From assembly GCA_028534125.1 (NCBI GenBank), contig CM052816.1, forward strand, positions 6,326,001-6,390,000: a DNA stretch of 64,000 nt. The letters are read 5' to 3'. Under the pieces are notes generated by a model. It was given only the letters and a program-made list of their open reading frames with translations. It had not been told where the DNA came from and searched no databases. This DNA comes from Lama glama (taxonomy: Eukaryota). The position numbers were made by a program, and so were the translations under genes. Below are positions 1 to 12,646 of the stretch, piece after piece (position 1 is the stretch's first letter; each line of letters begins with the position of its first letter).

Positions 1-360
1 CCAAAGGTCCCTAGATAGTGGTGGGTGGGCACACACCTCGCTGACACCTCTTGTGAAGAAGCTGTCTGTTAGCAAAAAGGCTGGTTAGATTCTAGCTCTA
101 CCCAACTGTGGCTAATTTAGCAAGTAAGGGCTGGAACTTAGCAGTTTGACCTTGAACAAGAAAGTTACCCCTACTGATGCCTCAGTCTCCTATGCTGTAA
201 AATGACTCCCCCCAAAAAGAAAAACCACTTAGCACAAATTTATTGAGTTCTTAAGATGTAAGGGTTAATAATTCTATCTAGCTGAAAGTTTATCTGGGAG
301 TTGGCTCTGGGGTATCTTGTTTGGTACATGACAGGTGCTCAATAAATAGTAATAATTTTA

Positions 361-650
361 CTACATTTAATCGAATCTAAGATGCTATGGATTATAAAAT
401 GCACCATCACTTTTAAATTGAGGAGGAGGAAAAAGCTGCCAATTAAATGGTGACACACGACTCTCTCTCATCATTTAGAACGTCTATGTATTTGTATCAT
501 TATGTGTACTTTGGATTTATTTGGAAACTTTTTATTCCTATATTACTGTGGTGCTTATTTAAAAGGAAAATAGGAACAAAGAAGCTATTTCTAAAACTTC
601 ACATTCAGGGTTAAACTCTGATGACACGCTTTTAATTTGATTGTCAGCAG
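361..650 (+). mobile_element. Old Tc2/Kanga-like DNA transposon fragment
   Basis: Start 'tacatttaatcgaatctaagatgctatggattataaaatgcaccat...aaaagctgccaattaaa' resembles the recalled Kanga/MER104 terminus. Confidence 0.45.
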
Positions 651-940
651 TGTTTTATAATCTGTCAGTGGGGCCAGGCTGGAGTTGTACCACAGTTTTA
701 CGACACAAAATCCTCCTCTCTGCCATCAGAAACAGTTGAGATGGAGCAGTTTGAAGGAATCTGTCCAGGTGCGGGGCTCTGAAGGAGACTTTGCTTGTAA
801 GGTCTGCATCAGGAATACTGGGGAACACTTGATTCACCCCTGTTCTCCCTTCTCTCTATACCATTTGCCTTCTTGTGGTTGTGTATTTATATATTACCTT
901 CAGGATTTTCTTCCAAGGTGCTGATACCTATTGTGCTTTT

Positions 941-1866
941 TTTTAAAGCTTTGTTTATTTTTAAATTAAAAAAAGTTTTATTGAAGTTGATCTACAGTGT
1001 GTTAATTTCTGGTGTATAGCACAGTGATTCATTTATACACACATATATTCCTTTTCAAATTTGTTTTCATTTTAGGCTGTTACAAGGTATTAAATATAGC
1101 TCCCTGTGCTATACAGTAGGACCTTGTTGTTTATCTAGTTTGTGTATAGTAGTTAGTATCTGTAAATCTCAAACTCCCAATTTATCCCTCCCCCACTTCA
1201 CCCCCCACTGTAAACATAAGTTTGTTTTCTGTGTCTGTGAGTCTGCCTGTTTTGTAAATAAGTTTGTTTGTTTTCTTTGTTCTTCTTTTTAGATTCTGCA
1301 TATAATGATAACCATAAAGGAATTTTTCTCTCTTTCTGGCTTAGTTCACTTAGTATGATGATCTCCGGTCCATCCATGTTGCTGCAAATTCTTTTTTATG
1401 GCTGAGCAGTATTCCAGTGTATAAACACACACACACACACACACACACACACGACAACTTCTTTATCCAGCCATTTGTCCATGGACATTTAAGCTGCTTC
1501 CATGTCTTGGCTATTGTCAGTAGTGTTGCTATGAACAGTGGGGTGCATGTATCTTTTCGAATTAGAGTTCCCTCCAGATAGATGCCCAGGAGTGGGTTTT
1601 CTGGATCATAGGGTAAATCTATTTTCAGTGTTTTAAGGAATTTCCATGCTGTTTTCCATAATGTCGACACCAGTCTACATTGCCACCCAGCAGTGAAGGA
1701 GGGCTCCCTTTTCTCCACACCCTCTCCAGCAGTTACTGTTGGTGGACTTACTAATGATGGCCTTTCTGACCAGTGTGAGGTGGTACTTCATGGTAGTTTT
1801 TATTTGCATTTCCCTGATAATTAGTGATAGACTTTTTTTTTAATGTGCCTATTGGCCATTTGTATG
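941..1866 (-). mobile_element. L1 3' end (ORF2 C-terminus + 3'UTR + A-rich tail), non-inverted part of a 5'-inverted insertion
   Basis: Minus ORF 1350..1718 reads [25 protein letters not shown] (L1 ORF2 C-terminus); poly-T at ~937-944; internal (CA)n. Confidence 0.95.
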
Positions 1867-2102
1867 AAAGGCAAAAATAAACAAATGGGACCTAATTAAG
1901 CTTATAAGCTTTTGCACAGAAAAGGAAGCCATAAATAAAATGAAGAGACAACCTATGGACTGGGAGAAAATATTTGCAAAGGATGTGACTGACAAGGGCT
2001 TAATTTCCAGAATATACAAACAGCTTATACAACTCAGTAACAACAAAAACAACCAAACAAACAATCCAATCCAAAAATGGGCAGATGCCCTAAACAAACA
2101 TT
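1867..2102 (+). mobile_element. Inverted 5' segment of the same L1 (ORF2 fragment)
   Basis: Reads [49 protein letters not shown]-like attgtgc(t/a)tttt at ~930 and ~2100. Confidence 0.93.
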
Positions 2103-2394
2103 GTGCATTTTTGATGCATAAGCCTTTGATATGTCCACGTGGCCAGCCAGTGGTAACCTTCAGTACAACTCAAGTGCAGCTTGGCTGACAGATTACAGAA
2201 CAGTACAGACTGCAAAGAGCTCCCTAATTTCAGAGATGTTAAAAGGTAGAAAAACTGTACTTCTGAGAAGATGAAACCTCTTAACCAAAATGTGTATTGT
2301 TCTAGTGAAGGAAAAAGTGTATGTGAAGTCCCTATGCATGTGACACAATCTTCTCATGAATCCTCTTGCAAGTGAGAGTTTGCCATATGTTTCC

Positions 2395-2549
2395 TTGTTA
2401 CTCAGAGTATCTTCTATGGACCAGAACCTGGGAACTTTTAGAAAAGCAGAATCTCTGCCTCCACCCAAGACTTTACTAAATGAGAACCTGTATTTTAACG
2501 AGATCTCAGATTGAACATTATGCACGGTAAAGTTTCAGAAACTCTGGGT
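2395..2549. mobile_element. MER5-type hAT-Charlie MITE
   Basis: 'acctgggaacttttagaaaagcagaatctc...aacctgtattttaacgagatc...aaagtttcagaaactctgg' matches MER5A/B pattern. Confidence 0.7.
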
Positions 2550-2887
2550 GGAGGGGGTTGGCTGGTGCATCCAGTGTATTACCTGGTTGTTCTGCTTAGA
2601 ATGGGGTTTCCCAGTATGCACAGGCTGTGCCCCTCTCCCGTTCTGCTAATTCAGGTCACAGGTAAGAAGCTTACTGGTGTAAGGTTACAAAAACTATGTC
2701 ATCCCATTCATCCTCTTCACCTATCTCATCACACGTAATGGGGGCAAACAGTAGGCGTTGCTTGAGCAAAAATTCACCCGCAGCTACATTCTTTTCTAAA
2801 GTCACAGGCCAGTGGGAAGGGACAGATTCCACAATAACCCTTTGCATTGAGGGCAGCCCATTTTCTTACCAGCATTTCTCAAACTTC

Positions 2888-2994
2888 TTATTACATCTGC
2901 AAGGACCCTCTTTCCAAATTAGGTCATGTACACAGGTGCCAGGGTTTAGGGTTTCAGCATCTCCTTTGGGGGGAATGCAATTCAACCCACAGCA
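2888..2994 (-). mobile_element. MLT1 (MaLR) LTR 5'-end fragment
   Basis: 'ttacatctgcaaggaccctctttccaaattaggtca...caattcaacccacagca' is the reverse of an MLT1B/C start. Confidence 0.7.
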
Positions 2995-3676
2995 GCAAGC
3001 TTCTGCTCAGACCTACTAAATCAGTATTTCTTCTGAGGGTTCAAAGATGAACTCAGTACCTAATGTAAAATGAAGTGCTTTAAAAGAGGCGGGAGGAAGT
3101 GTCACGGGACTTCAAAGAAACTGGCCCGGCATTTGCTCATTGTGTATCCTCAGACCAGTTGCTTAAAACTCTCTGTGCTATAGTTTTATTAGCAGTAAAA
3201 TGGAAATAAGAACTGCTTGTATCAGAGAGGTTCATGGTCAAGTAGGAAAATCACGGTGAATACCTGGTTCAAGGTTTGTTCATCTGTAAGCACTGTGAAC
3301 ATTAGTTACTTATGGTGATCTCCTTAGACACTGTTCTTCCATTTCCCCAGACCTGGGTTTCCTCATCTGATGAGGGTCATACTTGGTGGCCTCGAGAAGA
3401 GGAAACTGCTCTTGAGATGGAGAGGATGCTAAAATGACCAGGAAAAGGAGGACCACATGAACTTCCTTTGTGTCCCTTGCAACCAAAGAGTAAAAGGAAG
3501 GAGGAGCTGCAGGGCCGAGACACTGTAGAGTTTATACTACAATAGCCTTTAAGCCTCTCCAAGCTGATTCCAAGGGTCACAGCTGCCAGATAGTACTGGA
3601 CAAAATCAACAGGGACTGCTGCTTACACACATAGATCTAGGCTATGTAAAACCGCTAGATAGTGTAGAAACTGAGT

Positions 3677-3677
<1 letters not shown>

Positions 3678-3702
<25 letters not shown>
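3678..3702. repeat. (GA)n microsatellite
   Basis: Directly visible. Confidence 0.95.
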
Positions 3703-3707
<5 letters not shown>

Positions 3708-3764
3708 GACTTGACCACAGTTGTCCTGGATTAAGGGCTATGTAAATATCAGAATTTACACTCT

Positions 3765-3990
3765 TATTCAGTGCTGAGCACTGTTTTGTAAGCATTTGCC
3801 ATACATATGTTATTTGATTGAATCCTCACAAAACTCTTTTAGTACCTACCTCATTATTAAAAATATTCTTATTGTAAGGAAATTTGGCACAGAGAAGTTA
3901 AGTAACTTTCCTAAAGTCACACAGCTGGTAAATTGCTGGAATTCAAGTCCAGTGCCTGTGGAATAACTTATATTCTTGGCACTGTGCTTA
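3765..3990 (-). mobile_element. MIR SINE
   Basis: 'aatcctcacaaaac...ggcacagagaagttaagtaactttcctaaagtcacacagct' reverse MIR core. Confidence 0.8.
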
Positions 3991-4539
3991 ATTGATGTGG
4001 ATGATGATTTTTAAAATCTATGATTCTCATTCTACAAACAGTGGCTTAGAGAGTTTCAGTAACTTCAATAAATGGTAGAATGTGACCTTGAATGTTGACA
4101 TCCTGACCCTTGTATCCATTCTCTTAATCACACTGTTCTGGAATCCAAGTCCCCGGACTCTTAAGCAGTGCTCCCAACAGGGCTGTAACATGCCGTGGAG
4201 CTGGGTGGTTGGATGAGGGGCATGGAAACAAGAAACAGTCCAAGAGATGCCATTACCAGAGTCCAAATAGGGCTCTAAAGGAGAAAGAACTGGTTTCTCT
4301 TTTCTTTCCCTCCCTTTCACGTACTTTGGTTGCAAGGTTAAGGGCTCTGTCCATATTGATGGTTATATTTTGTAATAACATTTTACAGAATAATTACCAT
4401 TGTACTGGAGTTACTACTGAATGTTTATGGTAGCTATTATTCCTATTTTACAAATATGAAAATATCTAATATTTATCTGTTGGCCTCTACTATTATCTGG
4501 TAAAATCATTTGCACCAGTACTTTAGGCTTCCGAACCTA

Positions 4540-4750
4540 ATTGTCAAGAATGTCTCTGGTTTGAACCTCGACTCTGCCACTTCCTAGCAAGTATAGACTT
4601 GAACATGTATTTAACTTCATTGGGACTCAGTTTCTTACTATGTATGGAGTCAGTTATAGTAGTAGCCACCTGATAGGGTAGTTGAGGAAATTCAAGGAGA
4701 TGCTGCATTGTCAGCATGTGAGTGATGCCTAGAATACAGGAAGTCTTCAT
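4540..4750 (+). mobile_element. MIR SINE
   Basis: 'ggtttgaacctcgactctgccacttcctagc...ctcagtttcttact...gttgagga' MIR core. Confidence 0.8.
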
Positions 4751-6660
4751 AAGTGATAGCCTGTTATCCAGCCCCCCACCCTCCCCGAGGCAGGTGGAAT
4801 CTTACGACTCATCTCATTTTCTAGATCTGAGTAAGAAAGAGGCTGGTTCAAGGTCACACAGCAACTAGCAGTGCCTGAATCAAGGCTGCACCTAGTTGAT
4901 GTAATCCGTAGTAGAAATGGTAAGATGAATATAGTAATGTTCTCCTTTGAGAGTTGATGTGTATGCATCCGTTAGTGGGAAGACTGATGTAAAGGTTTAG
5001 CTGGCAGTTGCCTTCCAATTGCAGCCAAGAGAACTGATGGATTTCCTTGCCTCTAGGTAATGCTGATTCCAGTCTTTAAAGATGAATGAAGATTAGTGAT
5101 TAGGGAGGAATAACGCCAGGCAGAAGCCATGAACTTAGAAGCAGGGTCAAGAACATGTTGGATAAACCTGTTTGGGGAGCCATGATGTCCTTTAAGGGCT
5201 GTTGAGGCTTGTGCGATCATGTCACTAACACGTGGAGAGGCCCGTGCTGAGGTAACTCACTTTTTAATGGGACTTAGTACTTGATCACAGCTTTTCTACT
5301 CATTATTCTGGTTAAAATCCTGAGTTACATCATTAATTCCTATATATTTGCATTTCAGGAGTGAAATTTTTAAAAAAAGGAGAAAAGGAAATTCCTGACA
5401 CTGGAGTTGCCAAATATTTTTTCCCCTCAACTAGAAGTTTTAATAACAAGAGCAAAACATAGTACCATTTATAGTTAACTATGATTTTTATAAGAGGAAG
5501 AATATTTTAACACCCCAAATGTAGAAGAGTTTAGGATGAAGGATAGAGATTAAAAGAGAATGTTACTTTTATTTTAAAAACCTATCATTATTTTACTACT
5601 TTTATTCCTGGTGATGAAAAATTTGGGATGGACCAACCCTGACCCTAACCCAGTTTTAGGAATTACTAGACCAGAATCTGGAGATTCTTAAAGCCCCTCC
5701 CTCTCCCTTGGGTACATGGAAAAATAATGCGGTGAAGGTTTTCCCAATTCATATGCTCCTCTCTCCTGGGAGGTCCTACTGTGTGTCTTCCTGCTTGCTC
5801 TTCTTTTAATCTATCCATATGCTGTAGAGATATGTGGCCACTCAAACTACTGTTACTGACAGGATTGTCATACCTCCTGAGCAGTGTGTTTTTGTAGGAA
5901 CACAAAACAGAACCCCCTGAATGAATCTGTTGATAATCTAATCCAGGGGTTATGGATGGAAGTCCTTTTCAGGGGACCCTATGATTCATATCCATAGAAT
6001 TTACCTAGTGCAGATGTTCAATGTTCTAAACAAGAGTGGCAGTGGACGGGGACAAGACCATGGAACTGTTTAGTACACCCTGCCCTCCAGCGTGCATGCT
6101 TCCTCCACCCTATCGCCAAGTACTGGACAGAATTGTAAAATCTACCCCTTCAGGTTTAGGCTAGCTTTCTTTACCAAGTACTACTTTCTCCTGACTGGGA
6201 GCTGTGCTAGGCTTCATACGTCCTCTCTCCTTTGCTTATTCGGAACCACTCTGGCCATCTTCTCCCTCCCCCCAGATGAGGCCAGCGGGGCTCTGACGGG
6301 CCCAGTGCCTGTGTCACGCAGCCAGAATCCACTTGCTGATGCTCTTAGCCTGCATTGGTCTCGGGGGATGTTGATGTTCCATAACTCACGGAACACCTGC
6401 ACATCTTACTCTCGTTTGTACTGAGCTTCTGTTCATCCTATTAAAATAACATTTCTTTCTCTGTCTCTGCCAATTTTCTCTCATCCACACGGAGTACCTG
6501 GATGGCCGACAGAGCATGGTAACGGAGCAGTTCCTGCTGTAGGCTCTTGAGTGGCCTTGGGAAGTTGCCCTCTCTGTGTCCTTGATTACTGAGTGTTAAA
6601 CGAACTTCATAACAGCATCTGCCTCATAGGGTTCTTGGGAGGCGAAATGGCTATACACCC

Positions 6661-7128
6661 TGTGGACAAATCATAATGCACAAGGTGAGAGCTGTGAGTT
6701 TTGGTTTTATTTGCAGGCTTACTGAGGGCTATAGCTTAGGAAGCCACCTCTCAGATAGCTCTGAGGAACTGCTCCAAAGAGGTGAGCAGGGAGGTCAGTA
6801 TATATGTGATTTTGATGAAGGGGGCATGTGCAATCAAGCACACATCTCAGTAGAAGGTTGCTGCTTGTCATGAGGAACGGATATTCTCAGTTAATGATTT
6901 TAATGCTTTCCTAAGTATGGGAAGATACAAGAATCCAGGGACATAAAATTTTTCTCCTGAAAATAACTATCTGAGGTCCTGTTCTGCCAGTTTTCTTGGA
7001 GCACAATGTCTCCTTCCTAATTGCTGCCCTGAACTCCTTTCAGGATGTGTTGAAAGTCAGTGACCACAGTGACCAGTAACTTAATTCTTGTAGAACCAGA
7101 GAGGATAAGTGACTTTTTTGAGCTGGCA
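6661..7128 (-). mobile_element. ERV1-type solo LTR, MER41-like (cetartiodactyl)
   Basis: TG...CA termini, ~470 bp, minus-strand AATAAA (tttatt ~6706), 'ctctcagatagctctgaggaactgctccaaagagg' recalled from artiodactyl MER41-like LTRs. Confidence 0.75.
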
Positions 7129-7354
7129 GCACGCAGCCCAATTTTTGACATCTTGAGCATCTTTCCTGTTATCTCTTAGTTTATATAAAGTAGAAATTCA
7201 AAATATTAATTTGTAGATTTGCAAATCAGTTGAATATACTAACTTATTGCATGTTGTGTACATTTCCTTCAAAACGTTTGGCAGTTTGTCTTATCCTGGC
7301 CTGTCCAAACACCTGGGAACATGTGCTGTTGTTTTTCTCCTTCTATTTTCTTTT

Positions 7355-7808
7355 TCTTTTTTTTAAATTGAAGTATAGTCAGTTACAGTGTGTCAGTTTC
7401 TGATGTACAACACAATGTCCCAGTCATGCATGTATATATACAATATTCATTCTCATACTCTTTTTCATTAAAGGTTATTACAAGGTATTGAATATAATTC
7501 CCTGTGCTATACAGAAGAAATGTGTTTTTGATCTATTTTTATATACAATGGTTATCATTTGCAAATCTCAAAATCCCAAATTTATCCCCTTCCCACCCCC
7601 TTTTCCCTGGTAACCATAAGATTGTTTACTATGTCTGAGAGTCTGTTTCTGTTTTCTAGATGAGTTCTTTTTTTTTTTGATTCCACATATAAGTGATATC
7701 ATATGGTTTTTTTCTTTCTCTTTCTGGCTTATTTCACTTAGAATGACGATCTCCAGGTCCATCCATGTTACTTCAAATGGCATTATTTTATTCTTTTTTT
7801 TTTTTAAT
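7355..7808 (-). mobile_element. Young L1 3' end, non-inverted part of a 5'-inverted insertion
   Basis: Poly-T then 'aaattgaagtatagtcagttac'; minus ORF MPFEVTWMDLEIVILSEISQKEKEK = L1 ORF2 end. Confidence 0.95.
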
Positions 7809-8105
7809 CACTGGAAGAAATGTAGTTTGGTGCAGCCATTATGGAAAACAGTATGGAGATTCCTCAGAAAACTAAAAATAGACTTACCATATGATCCAGC
7901 AATCCTACTCCTGGGTGTATACCTGGAAGGATCTCTAATTGGAAAACATACATGCACCCCGATATTCATAGCAGCAGTATATACAATAGCCAAGACATGG
8001 AAGCAACCTCAATGTTCATCAACAGATAACTAGATAAAGAGGTTGTGAAATATTTATACAGTGGAATATTACTCAGAGATAAAAAAGAATAAAATAATGC
8101 CATTT
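7809..8105 (+). mobile_element. Inverted 5' segment of the same L1
   Basis: [43 protein letters not shown]-like tccttctattttcttt (~7338) / tcctcccattttcttt (~8105). Confidence 0.93.
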
Positions 8106-8601
8106 CCTCCCATTTTCTTTATCACAATGATTTTGTACCTGAGCTTTGAAGAAGTGTGAAAGATTTCCTGGTTTTCCTAAGACATGGGTCTTGCAAAATT
8201 GCTAGAAACAAAAGCAAAGAGGAGAAGTGAGCCTGGTGTGGTGAAGAAAGTCTTGATGCTGTATACTCAAGCCCCGGTCAGTACTCTGAGGGCAGTAAGC
8301 ACTCAGTCATGAACTGAATGAATGGCTGGAAAAATTGTGCACACATGAGGATGTTTCAGTCAAGGAATTGTAACTGGGCCTCGGTGTATGCAGCACCATG
8401 TTTTTTCTAGAATATGTTATATTTGCTGGTTAAAACTCCTGAATGAGTGGCTGAAGACAGCCAGAAGTGAAATACAGGTGTACTAGTCACCAGGCCAAAA
8501 GTAGGAGATGCCCATCTTTTGCATTGCTTTGTGTGTATGTTGATTGCTTTTTCTATGTAAAACAATACAAGCTTGTGGAAATGAAACGTTACAGATAATA
8601 C

Positions 8602-9163
8602 CATAGGGGAGGGGGAAATGTTTTTCTACTCTTCTAGGTTCTTCTTGCTGGTCTAAGAATTAAATTGATATGAGATAGAGTAACAGGAGAAAAATCAAAC
8701 AAAATTTAATAACATATATACATGGAAGAGACCCACAAAACTGAGTAATTCACCAAAATGGCTGAAACCTTCAGCTTAAACACCATGGTCAGCTATAGAG
8801 GAAGGCTGAAGGAGGCTTTTGAGGGTAGGGGCTTGCGATTTATAAAGGGGCAGAAGGCAGCTTACATGGAAATGAATATGCAAAGCTTTGTTAAGTAAAT
8901 GCTGGCTGGGCCATGCAGAGACAATGGGACTGAGAGGACTCTGGTCTCTAGGCCAGGCTCCCCCCATACACTAGCTTGTATTCACTGCAGACATCTCGGG
9001 TGATAAAGAGCCTGCTGGAGGAAGAGCTGTTGAAACTCCTCAGGCAGTTAAGAGGAAGGTTGAAGTTTCTTCCTGAGTCTTTTGAGCCGTGATTGTTTTC
9101 CCCGCTCAAGATAATCAGCGTGTCAAACAGACACTTTGGGGTAGCAAGTTTTGTTTCTCTGTA
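8602..9163 (-). mobile_element. ERV1-type solo LTR (MER34/LTR39-like)
   Basis: 'ctggtctaagaattaaattgatatgagatagagtaacaggagaaaaa...ctcaagataatc...acactttggggtagcaag' resembles recalled MER34/LTR39-group LTRs; ~560 bp. Confidence 0.65.
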
Positions 9164-10639
9164 ATAAACCTGTACTTGTCTAAGTTATTTTCATTGGCTG
9201 ACCTTTCAATAGCATGGAAGCTCTTTCAACTTTTTTTTTTTTTTTAAGATTTTCCAAAGCCTCCAAAATAGATCTGGGCCCACTTTGGTAGCTCAGTATA
9301 TGAATAGAGGAAAATTATCACTAGAAGAGCAAATGTTCATCCAAGTGGGAGACTTTGTATCAACTGTTAAAATTGTAGACTTGGGAGTAGAGCAGAGACC
9401 CTCCTCCAGCAGTGCCTAATTCTGTGATTGTGTGATTGTGGCTCAAAATTCTTTGAGCCTCTTTTGCCTCATTTGTAAAATGGTGATAATAATACGTACT
9501 TTACAGAGCCGAGGGGAAGAATCAATGGGATGAGAAGATTATTTGAAGCCCTTAGCACAACGCCAGACACGTTGTAGAATCCAACTGCAGAGCAGCTGGT
9601 GACAGCCATGCTTACCCGTCTTCGGCTGGATTTATTCTTTCCCTGTCCCTCTGAACCTGTAACCATGACCAGTGAGGTTTCATGAGCTCTTAGCTCGCCT
9701 TTAGGAAGTAGACATGCTAATATTTAATACCTCACAAATCATACAGGAATTCTTGAGATAAAATGAAAGAACTTTCAGCAGAGAAAAGTTAACTTGGAAA
9801 TAGTTTACAATTGTGAGCCAACTCATAATTACTTGCAGGTGACATTCATTCTGTATCAGCTGAAAAATCTCAGAATTCCTCTCTCAGCTTTTAACACACA
9901 TCCTATCTTCCAGCTCTCCACTGGGTAGAAATTAATTTAAATCAGAAAGTTAAATAATTGGGAGAGACAGCTAATAGATCTCTAGAACTAACATTCTTTG
10001 GCAACAAATTTGGGTTTACTTTGAGTTTAGAAATCATTGTGACAGAAGAGATTGTTGGATTGGATGATGGTGACAATGGCTGTATTGAATAAATGAATGA
10101 GTAAAATGAGTTTCTTAGACCTTGGACTAGTTGCCAATTGAGGTCTCTTCTAAATATGAGAATCAAAGAATCTGTAAGCCTTAGTTTCTCTGCTTAAAAA
10201 AAAAAAGTTTAAATTAATGAAAAAAATACAGAAATCAAGAGATGAAATAAAGCAAAGAACATGTAACTTCCTTTTCTTCCTTGCACCTGACAAAGCCACA
10301 GGAAAGAGAAGAAGTAGATTCTCTGCAGGGAAAATTGGCCTCACTTTTCTCTGCTAATGCACATTAGTCCCCTACAGAGGAACTCTGAGTTTTCCAGCGG
10401 TGTACATTTGCACAGCTGGGCTCAGATTGTCTTTCTCAGTGCAGTAGTACTCAAACTAACGCTAATAAAATAAAGCTGGAAATGACGTGCCGCTCCTTGG
10501 AACCTCATTCCTGTGTCCTTAGCCGTTGTCTTTAGGGTCCTCCACCTGCTACCAAGGAGACCCAGAGGAACCCTGTGTCCTCAGCTTATGAAAGGATATT
10601 TGCATCTGAAGATAGGTCTCTTGAATTTGTCTCTTGCCT

Positions 10640-10750
10640 TAAGAGATTCCTAAAGCCAGACTGGCCTGTGAGTTTTAAGTTACTCTTTTTCTTGAGCAAG
10701 TTAAGGTTGGGTTTCCAGTCCCTTGCAACCAAAGTGTTTTAACTGATGAA
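10640..10750 (+). mobile_element. MLT1 LTR 3'-end fragment
   Basis: 'ttgagcaagttaaggttgggtttccagtcccttgcaaccaaagtgttttaactgat' typical MLT1J/K end. Confidence 0.6.
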
Positions 10751-10769
10751 AGCGCCATCTGTGTGTTGG

Positions 10770-11310
10770 GTCATGGCTGAGGCTCTGGGAGTTCTATGGA
10801 AATGAACGACTGTTGCGTGTGTCCCCATGGCATACGTGGTTTAGAGGAACAGACGCATGAATTGGGGAAGCAAATTTGTGAATGCGTATTTCCTGAACAT
10901 CTACTGTTTAAAAAAAAAAAAGTAGCATTCAGTTTGATGAGAATTTGGAGCAGATTGGAAGAGAACAGTAGTAAAGACTTTCTTGAGGAAGTAATACGTA
11001 CACATAAATCTACAGAATAACTAGAAATTAAATAGGTAAGCAGAAAAGGCAAGAAAATTACAAAGAGCGGAAACAGCACAGGTGGGAGAAACATGGCGTA
11101 AATCCCCCATGGTAGGAGGAACCAGGCATGGTCAGGGATGGGAAGGAGGTCTGTGGAGCAGGATGTGACAAGAGGCACAGTGGTTGGGGTGATGATGGCT
11201 AGAGAGATGCGTAGATCTCTCTACTTGATGATGGCTGGCAGAGCCTGCAAGACCTTGAAGACTATTTTAAGGAGTTTTGTCTTTTATTGTAAGAATAGTA
11301 AAAAGGTTTA
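10770..11310 (-). mobile_element. L2 LINE fragment
   Basis: 'gactttcttgaggaagtaat...gaaacagcacaggt...aaggagttttgtcttttattgtaag' reverse L2 3' region. Confidence 0.6.
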
Positions 11311-11654
11311 TAGGCCATGCTCTTAAATTGTAACTTGGAGGCTCCTAGAGGCAAAAGTTTTGTCTAAGGTTGCATATCCCTCATAACAGCAAATTTCGGT
11401 CCAGACCCCACGCCTCTGACTCTCAGGTGACCTACAGAAAAAAACCGCTGATAGTCCATAGGTGATTGACACATCCCAGTAAGACAAAGGCCTTAAATGG
11501 ACTTGAAAAAATCACACCGTTGCCTTGGATATACATTCCCAACAGAAAACAAATTATACCTGTCAAAATTTTATGTATGAACTTAATATAATTACACATA
11601 CAATGTCGACTCTGACTTCTAAAAACACCTGTCTACCAACAGTTTAATAAGTGA

Positions 11655-12215
11655 TACCCTTACAATGTCACCCTCATTAGGATGGTTATTATTTAAAAAA
11701 AAATAAGTGCTGGTAAAGATGTAGAGAAATTAGTAGTCTTGTGCATTGCTAGCAGGAATGGAAAATATTGCAGCTGTTGTGAAAAACTGTCTGGAAAACT
11801 GTGTGGCAGTTCCTCAAAAACTTAATAGAATTGCCACATGATCCAGTAGTTCCACTTTTAGGCAAATACTCCAAAGAAATGAAAGCAAGGATTTGAACAC
11901 AGATTTGCATGCTGATGTTCATAGCAGCATTATTCACAATAGCCGAGAAATGGGAACATCCCAAAGTTGAACAGTTGAATGGGTAAACAGAATGTGGTCT
12001 GGACATACAGTGGAATATTATTGAGCCTTATGAGAGAAAGAAATTCTGATACGTGCTACAATATGAATGAACCTTGAAAACATTGTGCTAAGTCAAATGA
12101 GTCTTAAAACCAAACAGATATGGTAGGATTTCACTTACATGAGATACCTAGAATAGTCAAGTTCATAGACCATAGAACAGTGGTTACCAGAGGCTAGGGG
12201 AAGGGGGAAGTTATA
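11655..12215 (+). mobile_element. Older L1M 3' fragment
   Basis: 'gcagttcctcaaaaacttaatagaattgccacatgatccagtagttccact...atgaaccttgaaaacattgtgctaagt...gtggttaccagaggctagggg'. Confidence 0.9.
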
Positions 12216-12646
12216 AAGGATGTCATTTCTCCAATACAGAAGACAGCACTATTAAAATTTTTTTTGTTAATAGAAGGAGGCGGCTGGAGGGAATAAAAGC
12301 TGGTCATTAGCTTACATGGTTGTTTGTACACGTATATACAAAAATATAAAAGGACTACAAAAAGAAGTTCTGCCGAAGGAATGTTTTTGTAGTCCTTTTA
12401 TATTTTTGTTTGTTAAAAAAGTGCATGAATAAATATAGCGTGTGGTTTTAGACTTCTGTAACACTGAGATGATCTTTACAGAAGTAACTTTAAAACTCAA
12501 ATGTTTTATTTGGACACTTACATATCCCTGGGTCAGAAGTGTGTTTTCATTGGAGATTATTTACGTAGGTATATATGGTTCCAGATCAGCTTTGTCTTGG
12601 GTGTTCTGTACTGGAGTTCCCTCATCTTGGTTTCCTATCTTTGAAG

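Noticed and set aside
1350..2188. ORFs with real protein similarity (also 7568-8033, 20968-21186, 35848-36087)
   Set aside because: Truncated, frameshifted L1 ORF2 remnants, not functional genes
5635..5651. Telomere-like aaccctgaccctaaccc (also agggtttagggttt at ~2941)
   Set aside because: Fewer than three degenerate units; chance, or part of an MLT1
10770..11380. Opposed L2 3' ends as a possible miR-28/151/708-type hairpin
   Set aside because: Too far apart, no complementary stem, and no known mature miRNA sequence seen
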